The notes: a model not told the origin generated them from the sequence alone. 64,000 bases of DNA from an uncultured Candidatus Rokubacteria bacterium (GCA_963762145.1 CAVXJS010000014.1:576001-640000), one strand, 5' to 3'; positions 1 to 10,198 are shown, numbered from the stretch's first letter. A program made the numbers and translations.

Positions 1-1
1 G

Positions 2-421
2 CGGCGCGGCTTCGAGACGCTGATCCAGTCGGTGAGCGGGCTCGCCCACGAGCAGGGCTTCGGCGGCGGGCTCGGCCGCCCGCTCCATCTTCCCGCCCAG
101 GTCGTGGATCACGCGACCGGGTACCTGGCCGCGTTCGGCGCCCTCATGGCCCTCGCGCGCCGCGCCCGGGAGGGCGGGAGCTACCTCGTGCGCGTCTCGC
201 TGGTGCAGACCGGGCGCTGGGTGGACGGGCTCGGGCGCGTGGCCGGCCGCCACGTGGCCGACCAGACCGCGGCCGACGTCGGCGATCTGCTCGCGAGCTG
301 CGAGAGCCCGTTCGGGCGGCTCACCCACGTGGTGCCCGCCGCGCGGCTGTCCGAGACCGCGCCGTTCTGGGCGTCCCCGCCGGTCCCGGCCGGGACGCAC
401 GAGGCGGGCTGGCTCGCGTGA
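2..421 (+). CDS. Class III CoA-transferase (CaiB/BaiF), C-terminal part, truncated by window edge
   Basis: RRGFETLIQSVSG...LPAQVVDHATGYLAAFG...GGSYLVRVSL is typical of the C-terminal half of family III CoA-transferases. Confidence 0.8.
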   Translation, partial: RRGFETLIQSVSGLAHEQGFGGGLGRPLHLPAQVVDHATGYLAAFGALMALARRAREGGSYLVRVSLVQTGRWVDGLGRVAGRHVADQTAADVGDLLASCESPFGRLTHVVPAARLSETAPFWASPPVPAGTHEAGWLA

Positions 422-1116
422 GGCGCCCGCGCCTCGGCCTGGGCGCGCTGGCGCTCGCGCTCGGGCTCGCGGCGGTCGCGGACGGAGCCAGCAGCTCGAC
501 GACGCTGGACTTCGTCACCTTCGACGGGATCGACTACGTGCGCTTCATCGACGAGCCCGGCCGCGAGCTGACGCGGGCCGACCTCGGTGTGGAGTTCGGC
601 ACCGTCGCCTGCTCCATCGGCGAGGATTCCCGGGCGTGCTCGTACGGGGTCGACGCCGGGGCCGCGTTCATGCCCGCGGGCACCCGGATGTACGCGGTGC
701 GGGGGTACGCCACCGAGTTCCGCCTCGCCGCGGCCTGGCGGGATCGGCTCTTCCTCTACCAGGCGTGGCGCAACCCGCGCGCCCGGGTCGGCCGCGATCT
801 TTTCGACATCGCGGGCCGAGTGCGCGCAATAGACGTGCAGCGCCGGGACGGGCCGCGGGCGCCGCGGGAGGCGACGAGGCCCGTGCCGGTCGCCTCGGCC
901 GGGGACGTCGAGGCCCTGGTCGGGATGATCCTGGGCGGCGCGATGCGCCGGCCGACCCCCCACGCCGCCGGGGAGCCGGAGTACTGGCTCACGCTCTGGC
1001 TCGCGGATGGCACGACCCTCGGTCGGCCCTACTACGCCGACACCGGCGAGCTGATGGGCGGTCTCGCGGTGCCGCCCGAGTTCCGCGCGCTCCTCGATCG
1101 GTTCCTGGCGAGGTGA
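418..1116 (+). CDS. Hypothetical exported protein
   Basis: GTG start overlapping the upstream TGA (GTGA); signal-peptide-like N-terminus; no family recognised. Confidence 0.65.
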   Translation: MRRPRLGLGALALALGLAAVADGASSSTTLDFVTFDGIDYVRFIDEPGRELTRADLGVEFGTVACSIGEDSRACSYGVDAGAAFMPAGTRMYAVRGYATEFRLAAAWRDRLFLYQAWRNPRARVGRDLFDIAGRVRAIDVQRRDGPRAPREATRPVPVASAGDVEALVGMILGGAMRRPTPHAAGEPEYWLTLWLADGTTLGRPYYADTGELMGGLAVPPEFRALLDRFLAR

Positions 1117-1166
1117 CCGGACACGGCCTTGACAACGGGGACGCTGACGTTCGAGAGTCTCGGTCC

Positions 1167-2708
1167 ATGACCCGTTCTCGGCCGGCCTCCCGCCTCGTCC
1201 TGGTGGGGGCGATCCTCTGCGCCATGCTGGGCCTGTTCGCTCCCGGCGCGGCCGCCGCCCCGGAAGGCACGCTCACCATCGCGATGCACTTCAGCCCGGT
1301 GACGCGGTGGCTCGACCCCGCGGAGGGCGAGAGCACCATCACGCCCTATTTCTTGCTCTACGTGCTCCACGACGGGCTGATCAAGCCGATGCCCGGTGTG
1401 GGCTCGGGCCCGAGCCTGGCGCAGTCGTGGGCCATGTCCAAGGACATGCTCTCGGCGGAGTTCGTGCTGCGGCCCGCGAAGTTCCACAACGGCGATCCGG
1501 TCACCGCGGAGGACGTGAAGTTCTCGTTCGAGCGTTACAAGGGCGGCGCGGCCAAGGTGCTGAAGGACGCGGTCAAGGAGATCCAGACGCCCGCGCCGAA
1601 CCGGGTGAAGTTCGTCTTCAAGGAGCCGTGGCCCGACTTCGGGGCCTTCTACGGCACGTTCACGGCCAGCGCGGGCTGGGTGGTGCCGAAGAAGTACTTC
1701 GAGCGCGTGGGCGAGGAGGGCTACCGCAAGGCCCCGGTGGGCGCCGGCCCGTACAAGTTCGTGAGCTTCAACCCGGGCGTGGAGCTGGTCGTCGAGGCCT
1801 TCGACGGCTACTGGCGGAAGACCCCGTCCATCAAGAGGATCGTCTTCCGCAGCCTGCCCGACGAGACCACGCGCGCCGCCGCGCTCAAGAGCGGCGAGGT
1901 GGACCTGGCCATGCTGCTCACCGGGCCGACCGCGCAGGACATCAAGCGCACGCCGGGCCTGCGCCTGGCCGCGCCGCTGCTCGGCATCTTCTGGCTCGAC
2001 TTCCCGGATCAGTGGGATCCCAAGTCCCCCTGGGCCGACCGGCGCGTGCGGCTGGCCGCCAGCCTCGCGCTGGACCGGCAGGCGCTGAACGAGGCGGAGA
2101 CCCTCGGGCTCTCGCGGCCCACCGGCAGCACCGTTCCGCGCGACTTCGAGTTCGCGCTGCCCTTCGACCCGCACCCGCACGATCCGGCGCGGGCGAAGAA
2201 GCTCCTGGCCGAGGCGGGCTATCCGAACGGCTTCGACGGCGGCGAGCTGACCCCGTTCCCGCCCTACAACTCGATGGGCGAGACCATCCAGGGGTGGCTG
2301 CAGGCGGTCGGCATCCGCACGCGGGTGCGCAGCATGGAGCGTGGCACGTTCATGACGTCGTGGCGGGAGAAGAAGCTCAAGGGCGTGGTGCTGACCATCA
2401 GCGGCGTCTCCGGCAACGCGGCGACGCGGCTCGAGTCGTTCGTCACCAGGAACGGGGCCTTCGCCTACGGGGCGCTGCCGGAAGTGGACGACCTCTTCCG
2501 CCGCCAGGCCGGCGAGCTCGACCGCAAGAAGCGCGAGGCCATCCTCCACCAGATCCAGCGCATCCTGAACGAGCAGGTCATCCAGGCGCCGGTCTACCAC
2601 CTGGGCTTTCCCATCGGCGTGGGCCCGCGCGTGGACGACATCATGGCCACCGCGATCCCCGGGTTCTACATGTCTCCGTACGAGGATCTGAAGCTCCGGG
2701 CGCGCTGA
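1167..2708 (+). CDS. ABC transporter substrate-binding protein, family 5 (peptide/nickel type)
   Basis: Signal peptide; KFHNGDPVTAEDVKFS, PVGAGPYKFV and DPARAKKLLAEAGYPNGF motifs; start taken at ATG 1167. Confidence 0.9.
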   Translation: MTRSRPASRLVLVGAILCAMLGLFAPGAAAAPEGTLTIAMHFSPVTRWLDPAEGESTITPYFLLYVLHDGLIKPMPGVGSGPSLAQSWAMSKDMLSAEFVLRPAKFHNGDPVTAEDVKFSFERYKGGAAKVLKDAVKEIQTPAPNRVKFVFKEPWPDFGAFYGTFTASAGWVVPKKYFERVGEEGYRKAPVGAGPYKFVSFNPGVELVVEAFDGYWRKTPSIKRIVFRSLPDETTRAAALKSGEVDLAMLLTGPTAQDIKRTPGLRLAAPLLGIFWLDFPDQWDPKSPWADRRVRLAASLALDRQALNEAETLGLSRPTGSTVPRDFEFALPFDPHPHDPARAKKLLAEAGYPNGFDGGELTPFPPYNSMGETIQGWLQAVGIRTRVRSMERGTFMTSWREKKLKGVVLTISGVSGNAATRLESFVTRNGAFAYGALPEVDDLFRRQAGELDRKKREAILHQIQRILNEQVIQAPVYHLGFPIGVGPRVDDIMATAIPGFYMSPYEDLKLRAR

Positions 2709-2785
2709 CGCGGCCCCGGCCGGTTGGGGTATTATGTCGGGCAGTGCATAGAGACCCACAGACAAGAGAGGGCGAGAGCTGACTG

Positions 2786-3646
2786 ATGCGATATGAGGCG
2801 CCGGATTCGGTGGAAGGGGCGGTGGCCCTGCTGGCGGGGGCCAAGGGGGAGGCGCGGGTGCTGGCCGGGGGGACCGACCTCCTGGTCCAGATGCGGGCCG
2901 ACGTGGTGGATCCCGAGCTGATCGTGGACATCAAGAAGATCGCCGAGACCCGGACGGTCACCGAGGAGAAGGGCGGCTGGCGCATCGGCGCCGCGGTGAC
3001 CGGGGCGGAGCTGAAGGAGCACACCCGGCTCAAGCAGGCCTGGCCGGGCGTGGTCGAGGCGGCCAACCTGATCGGCTCGACCCAGGTGCAGGGGCGGGCC
3101 ACCCTGGGCGGCAACCTCTGCAACGGCTCGCCGGCGGCCGACAGCGTGCCCGCGCTGATCGCGGCGGGCGCAGTGGCGACCCTGGTCGGGCCCAAGGGCC
3201 GGCGGGACCTTCCGGTCGAGGACGTCATGCTCGGGCCCCGCAAGCTGGCGCTGACCAAGGGCGAGATCGTCGCGTCGTTCCTGCTGCCGGCCCGGCCCGC
3301 GCGCTCGAGCGATGCCTATCTCCGGTTCATCCCGCGCACCGAAATGGACATCGCGGTGGTGGGGGCGGGGGTAAGCTTGACCCTCGACGCGGGGGGCACC
3401 ATCACCGCCGCCCGGGTGAGCCTGGGCGCGGTGGCCGCACGGGTGCTGCTGGTGGCGGAGGCAGCCCAGGCCATCATCGGCAGTCGGCTCGACAAGGCGG
3501 CGCAGGACCGGCTCGAGGCGGCGGCGCGCGCGGCCTGCCGGCCGATCGACGACAAGCGAGGCACCATCGAATTCCGTACCGACGTGGCGGCCGTGCTGAC
3601 CCGGCGGACTGCCCTGATCGCGCTGGACCGAGCGAGGGCGAACTGA
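2786..3646 (+). CDS. Xanthine dehydrogenase/CoxM-family FAD-binding subunit
   Basis: LAGGTDL, RATLGGNLCNGSPAADS and PIDDKRGTIEFR motifs. Confidence 0.92.
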   Translation: MRYEAPDSVEGAVALLAGAKGEARVLAGGTDLLVQMRADVVDPELIVDIKKIAETRTVTEEKGGWRIGAAVTGAELKEHTRLKQAWPGVVEAANLIGSTQVQGRATLGGNLCNGSPAADSVPALIAAGAVATLVGPKGRRDLPVEDVMLGPRKLALTKGEIVASFLLPARPARSSDAYLRFIPRTEMDIAVVGAGVSLTLDAGGTITAARVSLGAVAARVLLVAEAAQAIIGSRLDKAAQDRLEAAARAACRPIDDKRGTIEFRTDVAAVLTRRTALIALDRARAN

Positions 3647-4122
3647 TGGCCAAGCACCACATCCAGGCAACCGTGAACGGCGACCCGGCGGAGTTCCTGT
3701 GCGAGACGGAGGACACGCTCCTCGACGTGCTCCGTGACACGCTCGACCTGACCGGCAGCAAGGAAGGCTGCTCCTCCGGCGACTGCGGGGCGTGCAGCGT
3801 GATGCTGGACGGCCGGCTGGTCTGCTCCTGCCTCGTGCTGGGCTGCGAGGTGAGCGGCCGGAAGATCGAGACCATCGAGGGCCTGGCCAAGGGCGAGTCG
3901 CTGCATCCGCTGCAGCGGCGCTTCCTGGAGGCGGCCGCGCTCCAGTGCGGCATCTGCACGCCGGGCTTCCTGGTAGCGTCGAAGGCGCTGCTGGAGAAGA
4001 ACTCGAACCCGAGCGAGCACGAGGTGCGCTTCTGGCTGGCCGGCAACCTCTGCCGGTGCACCGGGTATGACAAGATCGTGACCGCGGTGATGGACACGGC
4101 CGCGGCGATGAGAAAGGGATGA
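3646..4122 (+). CDS. Xanthine dehydrogenase/CoxS-family 2x[2Fe-2S] subunit
   Basis: GCSSGDCGAC...SC, QCGIC and NLCRCTGY motifs. Confidence 0.95.
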   Translation: MAKHHIQATVNGDPAEFLCETEDTLLDVLRDTLDLTGSKEGCSSGDCGACSVMLDGRLVCSCLVLGCEVSGRKIETIEGLAKGESLHPLQRRFLEAAALQCGICTPGFLVASKALLEKNSNPSEHEVRFWLAGNLCRCTGYDKIVTAVMDTAAAMRKG

Positions 4123-6432
4123 TCATGAGCGAAAAACAGAATGGGGCCGAGACCAACGGACATACCAACGGGAAGCACTACGTCGGCACCCGCACCGTCC
4201 GCCCCGACGGGGTGGACAAGGTCACCGGGCGCGCGCGGTTCGGCGCGGACTTCAACCTGCCCGGCCAGCTCATCGGGCGCGTCCTGAGAAGCCCGCATCC
4301 CCACGCCCGCATCATCTCGATCGATACGTCCAAGGCCGAGGCGCTCCCTGGCGTGAAGGCGGTCATCACCCGGGACGACTTCGCGGACCAGTCGTCGGAG
4401 TTCATCCCGGCCGGCGAGATGATGATGAATTACAAGGACGTGGTCCGGAACGTGATGGCGCGCGAGAAGGCCCTCTACGAGGGCCACGCGGTGGCCGCGG
4501 TCGCCGCTACCACCACCGCCATCGCCCGGCGCGCGGTCAAGCTGATCGAGGTCAAGTACGAGGTCCTCCCCCACGTCATCGACGTGGTCGAGGCCATGAA
4601 GCCCAGCGCGCCGCTGCTCCACGACGACCTCTTCACGGTCGGCGTCGAGCCCAAGCCGGACAAGCCCTCGAACATCGCCAAGCGCATCGAGATCAAGGTG
4701 GGCGACGTGGAGGCCGGCTTCAAGAAGGCCGACGTCATCGTCGAGCGGCTGTTCAAGACCGCGCCGGTGCACCAGGGCTACATCGAGCCGCACGCCGCGC
4801 TGGCCACCGTCTCCGAGGACGGCTCCACCGAGCTCTGGACGACCACCCAGGGCCACTACATCGTCCGCGCCCACTGCGCGCGGCTGCTCGGTCTCGACAT
4901 CGGCAAGGTCCGCGTCACCGCCACCGAGATCGGCGGCGGCTTCGGCGGCAAGACGGTCGTCTACCTCGAGCCGCTCGCCATCGCGCTGTCCCGGAAGGCC
5001 AAGCGTCCGGTCAAGATGGTCATGTCGCGCGAGGAGGTGTTCAAGGCTTCGGGCCCGACCTCCGGCGCCACCGTGCACGTGAAGATGGGCGCGACCAAGG
5101 ACGGCAAGTTCGTGGCCGGCTATGCCGAGCTCAAGTACCAGGCGGGCGCCTTCCAGGGGTCGCCGGTGCAGCCCGGCACCATGTGCGCCTACGCCCCCTA
5201 CGACATCGCGGACGTGCACGTGATCGGCTACGACGTGGTCTCGAACCGGCCGAAGGTGGCCGCGTACCGGGCCCCCGGCGCGCCGATCTCGGAGTACGCG
5301 GTCGAGAGCGTGGTGGACGAGATCGCCAAGAAGCTGCGGCTCGACCCGATCGAGCTGCGGATGATGAACGCGGCGCGCGAGGGCACCAAGGCGGCCTACG
5401 GCCCGAAGTTCGGCCCCATCGGCCTCGAGGAGACGCTGAACGCGATCAAGAAGACCGAGCACTGGAACACCCCGCTGCGGAAGTGGCAGGGCCGCGGGGT
5501 GGCCTCCGGCTTCTGGTTCAACATCGGCGGCGAGACCACCGTGTCGCTGACCGTGAACGAGGACGGCACGGTCTCGCTGATGGCCGGCACCCCGGACATC
5601 GGCGGGCTGCGCGCCTCGCTCTCCTCGGTGGCGGCGGACGAGCTGGGCGTGCCCTACGACAAGGTGCGGCCGATCATCGGCGACACCGGCTCGCTCGGCT
5701 TCAACTTCCTCACCGGCGGCAGCCGCTCGGCATTCTCGGGCTCGATGGCCATCGTGGAGGCGGCCAAGCAGATCAAGGCCGATCTCGTCGCGCGGGCCTG
5801 CAAGCTCTGGGAGGCCAAGCCGGATCAGGTCGAGTTCAAGGACGGCGCGGTGCGGCCGCTCGGCGCGCTGGGCGAGAAGGTGAAGCCGATGACCATCGCG
5901 GACTTCGCCAAGACCGCGGGCAAGACCGGCGGGCCCATCGGCGGCGTCGGCCGCATCAACGCCCAGGGCGCGGGCCCGAGCTTCGGCACGCACCTGGTGG
6001 ACCTCGAGGTGGACCCCGAGACCGGGCGCGCGACGATCCTGCGCTACACCGTCGCCCAGGACGCGGGCCGGGCGCTGCATCCGGCCTACGTCGAGGGGCA
6101 GTACCAGGGCGGGGCGGTGCAGGGGATCGGCTGGGCGCTCAACGAGGAGTACATCTACGGCGACGACGGCAAGCTGCAGAACGCGGGCTTCCTCGACTAC
6201 CGCATGCCGGTGGCCTCGGACGTGCCCATGATCGACGCGATCCTGGTCGAGGTCGCCAACCCGAAGCATCCCTACGGCGTGCGGGGTGTCGGCGAGACGC
6301 CGATCGTCCCGCCGCTCGGGCGCCATCGCCAACGCGATGGAGAACGCCACCGGCATCCGCTTCACCGAGCTGCCGATGTCGCCGCCCAAGGTGCTGAAGG
6401 CGCTCAAGGAGAAGGGCCTCAACAAGGCCTGA
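4119..6432 (+). CDS. Xanthine dehydrogenase-family molybdopterin-binding subunit, with a 1-nt frameshift near 6319
   Basis: GGGFGGK, AYRAPG, GQYQGG and GVGE motifs. After PPLG the natural C-terminus (AIANAMENATGIRFTELPMSPPKVLKAL...) continues in another frame to TGA 6430-6432. The 887-aa ORF is an artefactual fusion with the next gene. Confidence 0.88.
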
Positions 6433-6443
6433 GCCACACACGC

Positions 6444-6782
6444 ATGGCGCGAGTGGTGCTGATCGGCAACCTCGCGCAGGTCACGGGGGGCGTCGCCGAG
6501 TTCGATGTCTCGGCGACGTCCGTCCAGCAGCTCTTCCGGCAGCTCGGCGAGCTCCATCCGGCGCTCGCCCCCCATCTCGAGAGCGGGATCGCGGTCGCCA
6601 TCGACGGCCAGATCTTCCAGGACGCCCTGCTCGAGCCCATCGGCCCCAACAGCGAAGTCTTCCTCCTCCCCGCCATCGCCGGCGGAGCCGGGGTCAGGTC
6701 TTCGAATTACGACATTTCCCCGGGAGAACTTTTCGGCGGGCGGTTGACAAATGTCGTAATTCAAGACCTGACCCCATCCTAA
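6444..6782 (+). CDS. MoaD/ThiS-family sulfur carrier; C-terminus runs into a repeat element
   Basis: MARVVLIGNL...VAIDG...EVFLLPAIAGG ubiquitin-like fold with Gly-Gly at 6681-6686. The true end may be about 6705 if C6703 is an error. Confidence 0.75.
   Translation: MARVVLIGNLAQVTGGVAEFDVSATSVQQLFRQLGELHPALAPHLESGIAVAIDGQIFQDALLEPIGPNSEVFLLPAIAGGAGVRSSNYDISPGELFGGRLTNVVIQDLTPS
6690..6775. repeat. Inverted-repeat element, family A (GGGGTCAGGTCTTGAA(A/T)TACGACATT arms)
   Basis: Left arm 6690-6717 and right arm 6749-6775 are reverse complements apart from one extra C; the same arms occur at 29614 and 32378-32466. Confidence 0.9.
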
Positions 6783-6792
6783 GGAGGCCACC

Positions 6793-7311
6793 ATGGCGCG
6801 CATGCAGCCGCTTCCGATGCACGAGCTCGATGACGAGATCCGGCATATGTGCGAGGAGTCGGAGGCGCAGATCGGGACCTCGGCGAGCACGCGGACCTAC
6901 GCCCGGAACCCCGCGGTGGTGAAGGCGCTGGCCGCGTTCCGCGGGGCGCTCGTACGCGAGGGGACCATCGACCCGGTCATCCGCGAGCTGGTGCGGATCA
7001 AGATCGCGGGGCTCAACGCCTGTCGCTACTGACTCAAGGCGCGCTATGCCGGGGCCCGGCATGCGGGAGCGACCGAGGAGAAGATCGCGGCCATCAACGA
7101 CGAGACCTCCGAGCTCCTCACCCCGCGCGAGCGGGCCGCCGTCCGCTTCGCCGAGAAGCTCGCGGTGGATCACCAGAAGGTGGATGACGCGCTCTGGGCC
7201 GAGCTGCGCGCCCAGTTCTCCGAGGCCGAGGTGATCGAGCTGGTCGCGCACACCACGCTCTACATCGGCTTCGGCCGCTTCAACGAGATCGTCGGAATCG
7301 ACCCCGCCTAG
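6793..7311 (+). CDS. AhpD/carboxymuconolactone decarboxylase-family protein, putative selenoprotein (CxxU, UGA at 7030-7032)
   Basis: AAGGAGG RBS. RELVRIKIAGLNAC-R-Y-[TGA] continues in frame as LKARYAGARHAGATEEKIAAI...RERAAVRFAEKL...FSEAEVIELV...GFGRFN to TAG 7309-7311, giving a complete 172-aa AhpD-like protein. Hairpin at +13. Confidence 0.85.
7045..7063 (+). promoter_or_regulatory. Putative bacterial SECIS hairpin
   Basis: UAUGCCG-GGGCC-CGGCAUG: 7-bp stem (closing U-G wobble) from +13 to +31 after the UGA, G-containing loop. Confidence 0.65.
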
Positions 7312-8792
7312 TGCCGGGCGCCCGGCGTCTCGTCCTCGTCTTCGTGGTGGACGGGCTCCGGCCCGACGCCATCACCGCCGAGGACACGCCCACCCTCTTC
7401 CGCCTGCGCGCGGAGGGGGTGGACCTGGTGAACAGCCATGCGGTCTTTCCCACCGTGACCCGGGTCAACGCGGCGGCGATCGCCACCGGGACGCAGCCGG
7501 GCACGAACGGTCTGGTGGGCAACCAGATGTTCGTGCCCGCGGTGGACGCGCGGCGCGCCTTCGATACCGGCAACTACCGCAATCTCCAGGCGCTCGGGCA
7601 GGCGCTCGAGCAGGCCCCCGGCGGCCGTGTCCTGCACGTGCCGACGCTCGCCGAGCGGCTCCACGCCCGCGGGCTCGCGCTGGCCGGCGTCAGCTCCGGC
7701 TCGACGGGCAGCGCGTTCCTGCTGAATCCGGAGTCGCGCCACGGGGTGGGCGCCCTCGTCAACGGCTACCTCGATCCGGGCAAGACGGTGGCCTATCCGG
7801 CCGCGGTCAGCGAGGCGATCCTGGCCCGCTTCGGGCCCGCGCCGGTGAAGCCGCCGGGCGGCGCGCGCTTCGACGCGGCGGTCAACTGGACGCAGCGGGT
7901 GCTGCGCGAGTACGTGCTCCCCGAGCTCGCGCCCGCGGTGGTCATCAACTGGCTCACCGAGCCCGACCACAGCCAGCACCACGTGGGGGTGGGCTCGCCC
8001 GCCGCGCGCGAGGCGCTCCGCAACAGCGACCGGGAGCTCGCGGGGGTGCTGGCCGGGCTCGACGCCGCCTCGACCAGCGTGCTCGTGGTCTCCGACCACG
8101 GGTTCACGACCAATACCGCCGGGGTGGACGTGGCGGGCGCGCTGGTCCTGGCCAAGCTGAAGGCGGCGCCCGATTCCCTCGACGTGATCCTGGCCAGCAG
8201 CGGCCAGGCCGTCGCCCTCCACGTGCCGGACCACGATCCCGACCGGATCGCGCGCCTGGCCCGCTTCGTCCAGGCCCAGGACTGGGGCGGGGTGGTCTTC
8301 GCGGCCGCACCCGTGGACGGCGCCTTCCCGCTCGAGCTGATCAACCTGGCGAACCACGAGCGCGGCCCCGATCTGCTCTTCACATTCCCGTGGACGTCCC
8401 GGCGCGGCGCCTTCGGGGTGCCCGGCACCGATCTCGCGGCGGTGAGCGCGGGCGGGGCGCCGTACGTCAGCGACCACGGCAGCATGAGCCCGTGGAACGT
8501 GCGCAACACGTTCCTGGCGTGGGGGGCGGGCGTGAAGCGGGGCATCACCGCGTCCGCGCCGGCCGGCAACGCGGACGTGACGCCGACCGTGCTCGCCCTC
8601 CTCGGTCAGGACGGCGAGACCGGCCTGGACGGCCGCGCGGTCACCGAGGCCCTCGAGGGCGGGCCCGACCCGGAGCAGGTCGCGGCGGAGACCCGCATCC
8701 ACACCACGTCGGCGGGCACCTATCGCGCCGCGCTGCAGATCTCGACGGTGGACGGCCGCCGCTACGTGGACAAGAGCTGGCGCGTCAGCTGA
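7311..8792 (+). CDS. Alkaline phosphatase superfamily protein (type I phosphodiesterase/NPP-like)
   Basis: VVDGLRPD, FPTVTRVN (Thr nucleophile), EPDHSQH, VSDHG and DHG metal motifs. Confidence 0.85.
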   Translation: MPGARRLVLVFVVDGLRPDAITAEDTPTLFRLRAEGVDLVNSHAVFPTVTRVNAAAIATGTQPGTNGLVGNQMFVPAVDARRAFDTGNYRNLQALGQALEQAPGGRVLHVPTLAERLHARGLALAGVSSGSTGSAFLLNPESRHGVGALVNGYLDPGKTVAYPAAVSEAILARFGPAPVKPPGGARFDAAVNWTQRVLREYVLPELAPAVVINWLTEPDHSQHHVGVGSPAAREALRNSDRELAGVLAGLDAASTSVLVVSDHGFTTNTAGVDVAGALVLAKLKAAPDSLDVILASSGQAVALHVPDHDPDRIARLARFVQAQDWGGVVFAAAPVDGAFPLELINLANHERGPDLLFTFPWTSRRGAFGVPGTDLAAVSAGGAPYVSDHGSMSPWNVRNTFLAWGAGVKRGITASAPAGNADVTPTVLALLGQDGETGLDGRAVTEALEGGPDPEQVAAETRIHTTSAGTYRAALQISTVDGRRYVDKSWRVS

Positions 8793-9666
8793 CCTGCGCC
8801 ACCGTCGGCCGGTCGCCCGCCAGGGTGGTCCGGCGCACGTCGCGCGGCTCGTGCTCGGGGAAGGGCCGCGCGCGGTGCATGGTCTGCCGGTTGTCCCACA
8901 TCACGAGGTCGCCGACCTGCCACCGGTGCGAGTAGACGAACTGCCGCTGGGTGGCGTGCTCGATCAGGTCGCGCAGGAAGGCGCGCGCCTCCGGCACCGG
9001 CCAGCCGATGATGCCGCCGGCGTGTGACGAGAGGTACAGCGACTTGCGCCCGGTCACCGGGTGGGTGCGCACCAGCACCTGGCGCACCGGGGCGAAGCGC
9101 GCGCGCTCCTGATCGGTGAAGTCGGTGAAGCCCAGGATCTGGCGCGAGTAGATCTGGGAGTGCTCGCAGATGAGCCCCTCGCACGCGGCCTGCGTCTCCG
9201 GATCGAGGCTGTCCCACCCGGCCCGCATGTCCGCGAACTCGGTGTTGCCGCCGCGCGACGGGATGCTGTGGGCGTGCAGCAGCGAGTACTTCGCGGGGGT
9301 CGGCTTGAACGAGCTGTCGGAGTGCCAGAGCCGGTTGCCGAGCGCGAAGAGCCGCGTGCGGTTGTCCCGCTCGAACACCCGGTCGTTCTTGTCGAGGTTC
9401 GACACGTCCGCGAACGTGGTGGGGATCCGGTAGCCGTTGGCCTCGCGCAGACCCGTATCGATCGCCTGCTCGATCGGGCCCAGCGCGAGGGTGAAGGCCA
9501 TCTGCTGTTCGAGGGTCACGGGCCGCCCGTGGAAGACGAGCACCGCGTAGCGATCCATGCCCGCGTGAATGGCCGCCGCGTCCTCCGGGGAAAGGGGCGT
9601 GGCGAGGTCGATGCCGTCGACCTCGCCGGCGAAGCAGGGTCCGACCTGTCGGATCGCGATGGCCAT
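8785..9666 (-). CDS. TauD/TfdA-family 2-oxoglutarate/Fe(II) dioxygenase (TfdA-like)
   Basis: LWHSDSSF, GGNTEFADMR, HPVTGRKSLYLSSH and WDNRQTMHR motifs; start MAIAIRQ at 9666. Confidence 0.9.
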   Translation of the reverse strand: MAIAIRQVGPCFAGEVDGIDLATPLSPEDAAAIHAGMDRYAVLVFHGRPVTLEQQMAFTLALGPIEQAIDTGLREANGYRIPTTFADVSNLDKNDRVFERDNRTRLFALGNRLWHSDSSFKPTPAKYSLLHAHSIPSRGGNTEFADMRAGWDSLDPETQAACEGLICEHSQIYSRQILGFTDFTDQERARFAPVRQVLVRTHPVTGRKSLYLSSHAGGIIGWPVPEARAFLRDLIEHATQRQFVYSHRWQVGDLVMWDNRQTMHRARPFPEHEPRDVRRTTLAGDRPTVAQVS

Positions 9667-10139
9667 CAGCGTTTCTCCGCGGGAGTCGAGGTCGCGGGGC
9701 CCATGCCCCAGACCTGGATGATGGTTTCCTCGGCCTTGGCGCCGTCGTAGTGCACCTTGTTGGCGTAGTGGACGACGTAGCTGCCCGCCGGCGCGGGCAC
9801 CGTGGCCTCCGGGTCGAATGTCTCGCCGGTGCCCATCCACCAGGTGCCGGAGAGCACCACGAAGAAGCGGTCGTTCGGATGGAAGTGGGGCCGGCTCATG
9901 TTCCCGGGCAGCCACTTGAGCCGCACCACGTACGGACCGGGCTTGCTCGGGTCGCCGAAGAGCACCGCGGACTCGTTGGTGCCCGCCGCGTTGCGCACCC
10001 ACTTGATCTCGGCGGGCGTCTTCCAGTCCACCGCGGAGCGGTCGATGTCGGGCGCGCCGTGGCTCCCGGGCACGATCACCACGATCAGCAGGAGCAGGGC
10101 GAGGACGGTCAGCGGCAGGACGCGGGTCGTTCGGCTCAT
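9666..10139 (-). CDS. Exported cupin-domain protein
   Basis: Signal peptide; GDPSKPGPYVVRLK, PHFHP and VHYDG cupin motifs. Confidence 0.8.
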   Translation of the reverse strand: MSRTTRVLPLTVLALLLLIVVIVPGSHGAPDIDRSAVDWKTPAEIKWVRNAAGTNESAVLFGDPSKPGPYVVRLKWLPGNMSRPHFHPNDRFFVVLSGTWWMGTGETFDPEATVPAPAGSYVVHYANKVHYDGAKAEETIIQVWGMGPATSTPAEKR

Positions 10140-10198
10140 ACCGTCTCCTTCGGGTTTGAGTGAGCCGCCAGCACGGACGGAGGTATGATGCGCCAATC

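Noticed and set aside
2786-6432. True aerobic CO dehydrogenase (coxMSL form I)
   Set aside because: The active-site loop is AYRAPG, not AYxCSFR; substrate unknown
4119-6782. 887-aa Mo-subunit/MoaD fusion in the ORF track
   Set aside because: Caused by a 1-nt frameshift near 6319; the normal C-terminus and stop (6432) exist in another frame and MoaD has its own ATG
3474-6890. Very long antisense and shifted-frame ORFs (e.g. 1138 aa here, 839 aa at 57286)
   Set aside because: Shadow ORFs expected at high GC; they overlap well-supported genes and have no motifs
2786-7311. Selenium-dependent (labile Se) molybdenum hydroxylase
   Set aside because: No yqeB/yqeC or selD in the window; adjacency to a UGA-containing gene is not sufficient evidence
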